This document shows positions 61,852 to 64,000 of a stretch of 64,000 nt of DNA, in pieces. How positions within the stretch are numbered: position 1 is the first letter of the stretch; every line of letters begins with the position of its first letter. Both the position numbers and the translations under genes were made by a program. This DNA is from an uncultured Chthonomonadaceae bacterium (GTDB lineage: Bacteria; Armatimonadota; Chthonomonadetes; Chthonomonadales; Chthonomonadaceae), in contig CAWIEK010000063.1 of assembly GCA_963835065.1 (NCBI GenBank), forward strand, positions 205,296-269,295, read 5' to 3'. A model generated the notes under the pieces. That model saw only the letters and a program-made list of their open reading frames with translations. It searched no databases and was not told the origin of the DNA.

Positions 61852-64000
61852 ATGTTTTCGCCACGTCTTAGCGCCATATCCATGCTCTGACCGCAAGCAT
61901 TCTCCTGCCCGCCACAATCCACACGGTAACAGCGCTTCCTTCTCTGTTGCCGCCGGACAGAACAGCGCTGACGAAAAAGAACAGGAATTAACCCGGCTGT
62001 AGAAGCAGGGCAAAAGCTGTATGCCGCGCATGATCTTGTCGGAGCGGAAAAGCCGTGGCGCGAAGGCTTGGACAGGCAAACCAATGGCAGCACGAGCCGT
62101 CAGTGGGAATTCCTAACCAAACTGGGCGACCTGCTGGAAGATCGCGGCGAAACCGAAGCCTCGCTTTCCCTGCATCAGCGGGCGCATGATATAGCCGTCG
62201 CCGTCAAAGATGACAGGCGGCTTGCGGATAGCCTGCACAATCTCGGCCTCAATTATGAGGAACTGGCTCGGTTCCGGAAGCGCTCGATCACCTGCGCCGC
62301 GCTCTCGTCCTGCGCGAAGGGTCGAGAAATTTCCGCAGCGTTGCTACAACCAACTTCGGGCTCGGAGCGTATGCGATACGGCACAAAACGACCTTGCGCT
62401 GATATTACTTCAAAGCCCTTGAAATGCGAAAACAGCTTGGCGACGCTTTGGGAGGCGCCGGAGTTGGCGCCGGATATGGGCACAATCTATGCGACGCAGG
62501 GACGCTTAACAGATGCTTTGCAGCTTTATCGGCAGTCAAATGGGGCTTTCGAGCAAGCAGGCGACAAGCCCTCAGTGGCAAGTGGCCTTGTGAATATGGC
62601 AAACATAGCCGCAAGACAAGGCCTTTATAGCGAAGCGATCCAGATGGAAGAGCAGGCATTGGAACTGCGCCGGAAGGTTGCCGGCCCGCCGGAAGTTGTT
62701 CAGTGTTTGACGAACTTAGGGGCTATATACGACAAACGCGGGCGGGCGGGCGACTATGAAAAAGCGCTGGAACTTTACAATCAAGCTTTGCCTGATATCG
62801 AAGCCGCTCACAACCCGCAGGCGCTCGCCATGCTGCTGGATGATTTCGGCGCCGTTTACCAGCACCTGAAGAGAACCAGCAGGCCGTTGGTTATCATCAG
62901 CAGGCGCTAAACTCGCCGCAAAATTGGTAACGAACAAGATACTGTGTATCTCTAGTTAATTTGGGCGGCGCGTTCCAAAACCTGAACCGACTGGAGGAGG
63001 CCGAGGATTGTTTTCATGAAGCGGCGCAGGGCTTTGAAAAAGTCGGGGAACAAGTTAGCGAACCGGGTAAATATGGAGAATACCAGACAACTCTGTCCAA
63101 ACTGTACGCGCACTATGCGAATTTAAAACTGGCGCGTAAGCGCTATGTGGATTTGGAACTGACGCACAAGCATGATATGGAAGTGCCTGTCATGGTTGAG
63201 CGCGGAGGGCGCGTGGTCTTGCGTGGCAGGCAGCTCAGAACGCGGGTACGCTGGAAAGCCGCCTGCGCCCAGATGAGTTAACGCGCAAACGCGAGTTAAA
63301 GCCGCTCTGACGCAAGCCCGCGCTCACTGGAACGAGACCAGGCAAGCCCGAATTCCAGACAATGCCGCCAAGAGAAAAGTGTGGCAAAGCCGCCTGAACG
63401 CGGCAAAGCATATTGCCGACATTGCCGAAGATAAATGGCAGATGTGGCGGTCCGCTTATCTGGCCCGTAACCCGGAATATCGCCACATCAGCGGCCAGGC
63501 TCCTCCCGACGCCGAGGCGCTGCAACGGTTTGCCCGCCAAAACCCAGACACGCTCTTCCTGAATGGCAGGTTTTGGATGAGAACGAAATCCTGCTGTTTG
63601 CTCTGTCGCAAGGCGAGCTGCAAACCTTTCCGGCTCCTCATCAAAGCTGCTGATTTGCAGAGCCATGTAGCCGCCTGGAACCGGGCCATAGGCGATTCAA
63701 GTTCCAACAATCTGCAATGGCAAACCGCGCAGGCTGCTGAAAAGAAAGAGGCTGCCGCGCTGTATCACGTGCTGTTCGATCCACTGGAAATGCAGGATTG
63801 TTGGACTTCAACCACTTCAAGAGGCTTGTTCTCGTCGCCGACGATGTGTTGCTGCAAATTCCATTTGCCGCATTAATCGGCGCGAATGGTAAGCGGCTTA
63901 TCGAGCGTTACCCCTTGTCTCACGGCATTTCGCTTGGCAGCTTGACATGGCCGACCGATACGACTTCAGCAAAGCAAAACCTGCTTTGTATCGCCGACCC
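61852..64000 (+). CDS. TPR-CHAT (caspase HetF-associated) protein, many frameshifts, truncated by window end
   Basis: TPRs (ADSLHNLG, ASGLVNMA, YEKALELYNQAL); CHAT start LYHVLFDPL...LVLVADDVLLQIPFAAL...RLIERYPL...LLCIAD. Confidence 0.8.

Overview
GC-rich bacterial chromosome segment, probably Armatimonadota (inferred from three FTLIELLVV...H-x9-DG prepilin-like genes and overall gene content). From left to right: an orphan phage terminase, an Rpn-like nuclease and two sugar-related genes; a Tat-signal Rhs protein with a Cys-rich tip plus a thioredoxin partner; a cluster of secreted caspase, papain and CAP proteins; the tRNA-tuf-rpmG-secE-nusG-rplK-rplA cluster; an ABC/MoxR operon containing an M28 peptidase-AAC(3) fusion; prepilin-like genes; a CHASE3 two-component set; assorted enzymes; two cell-wall hydrolases sharing a structured leader; and an ECF sigma / anti-sigma / TPR-CHAT module running off the right end. 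The most striking unexplained structure is a family of at least 12 intergenic elements, each made of two inverted arrays of 7-nt (once 8-nt) tandem repeats around a short spacer. They fill the gaps between stop codons and the next ribosome-binding site, show homologous spacers between copies, bracket a foreign gene inserted between rplK and rplA, and have been recruited into signal peptides. Many accessory genes carry single-base frameshifts, which may be long-read assembly errors. All calls come from motif recognition by eye; no database searches were run.
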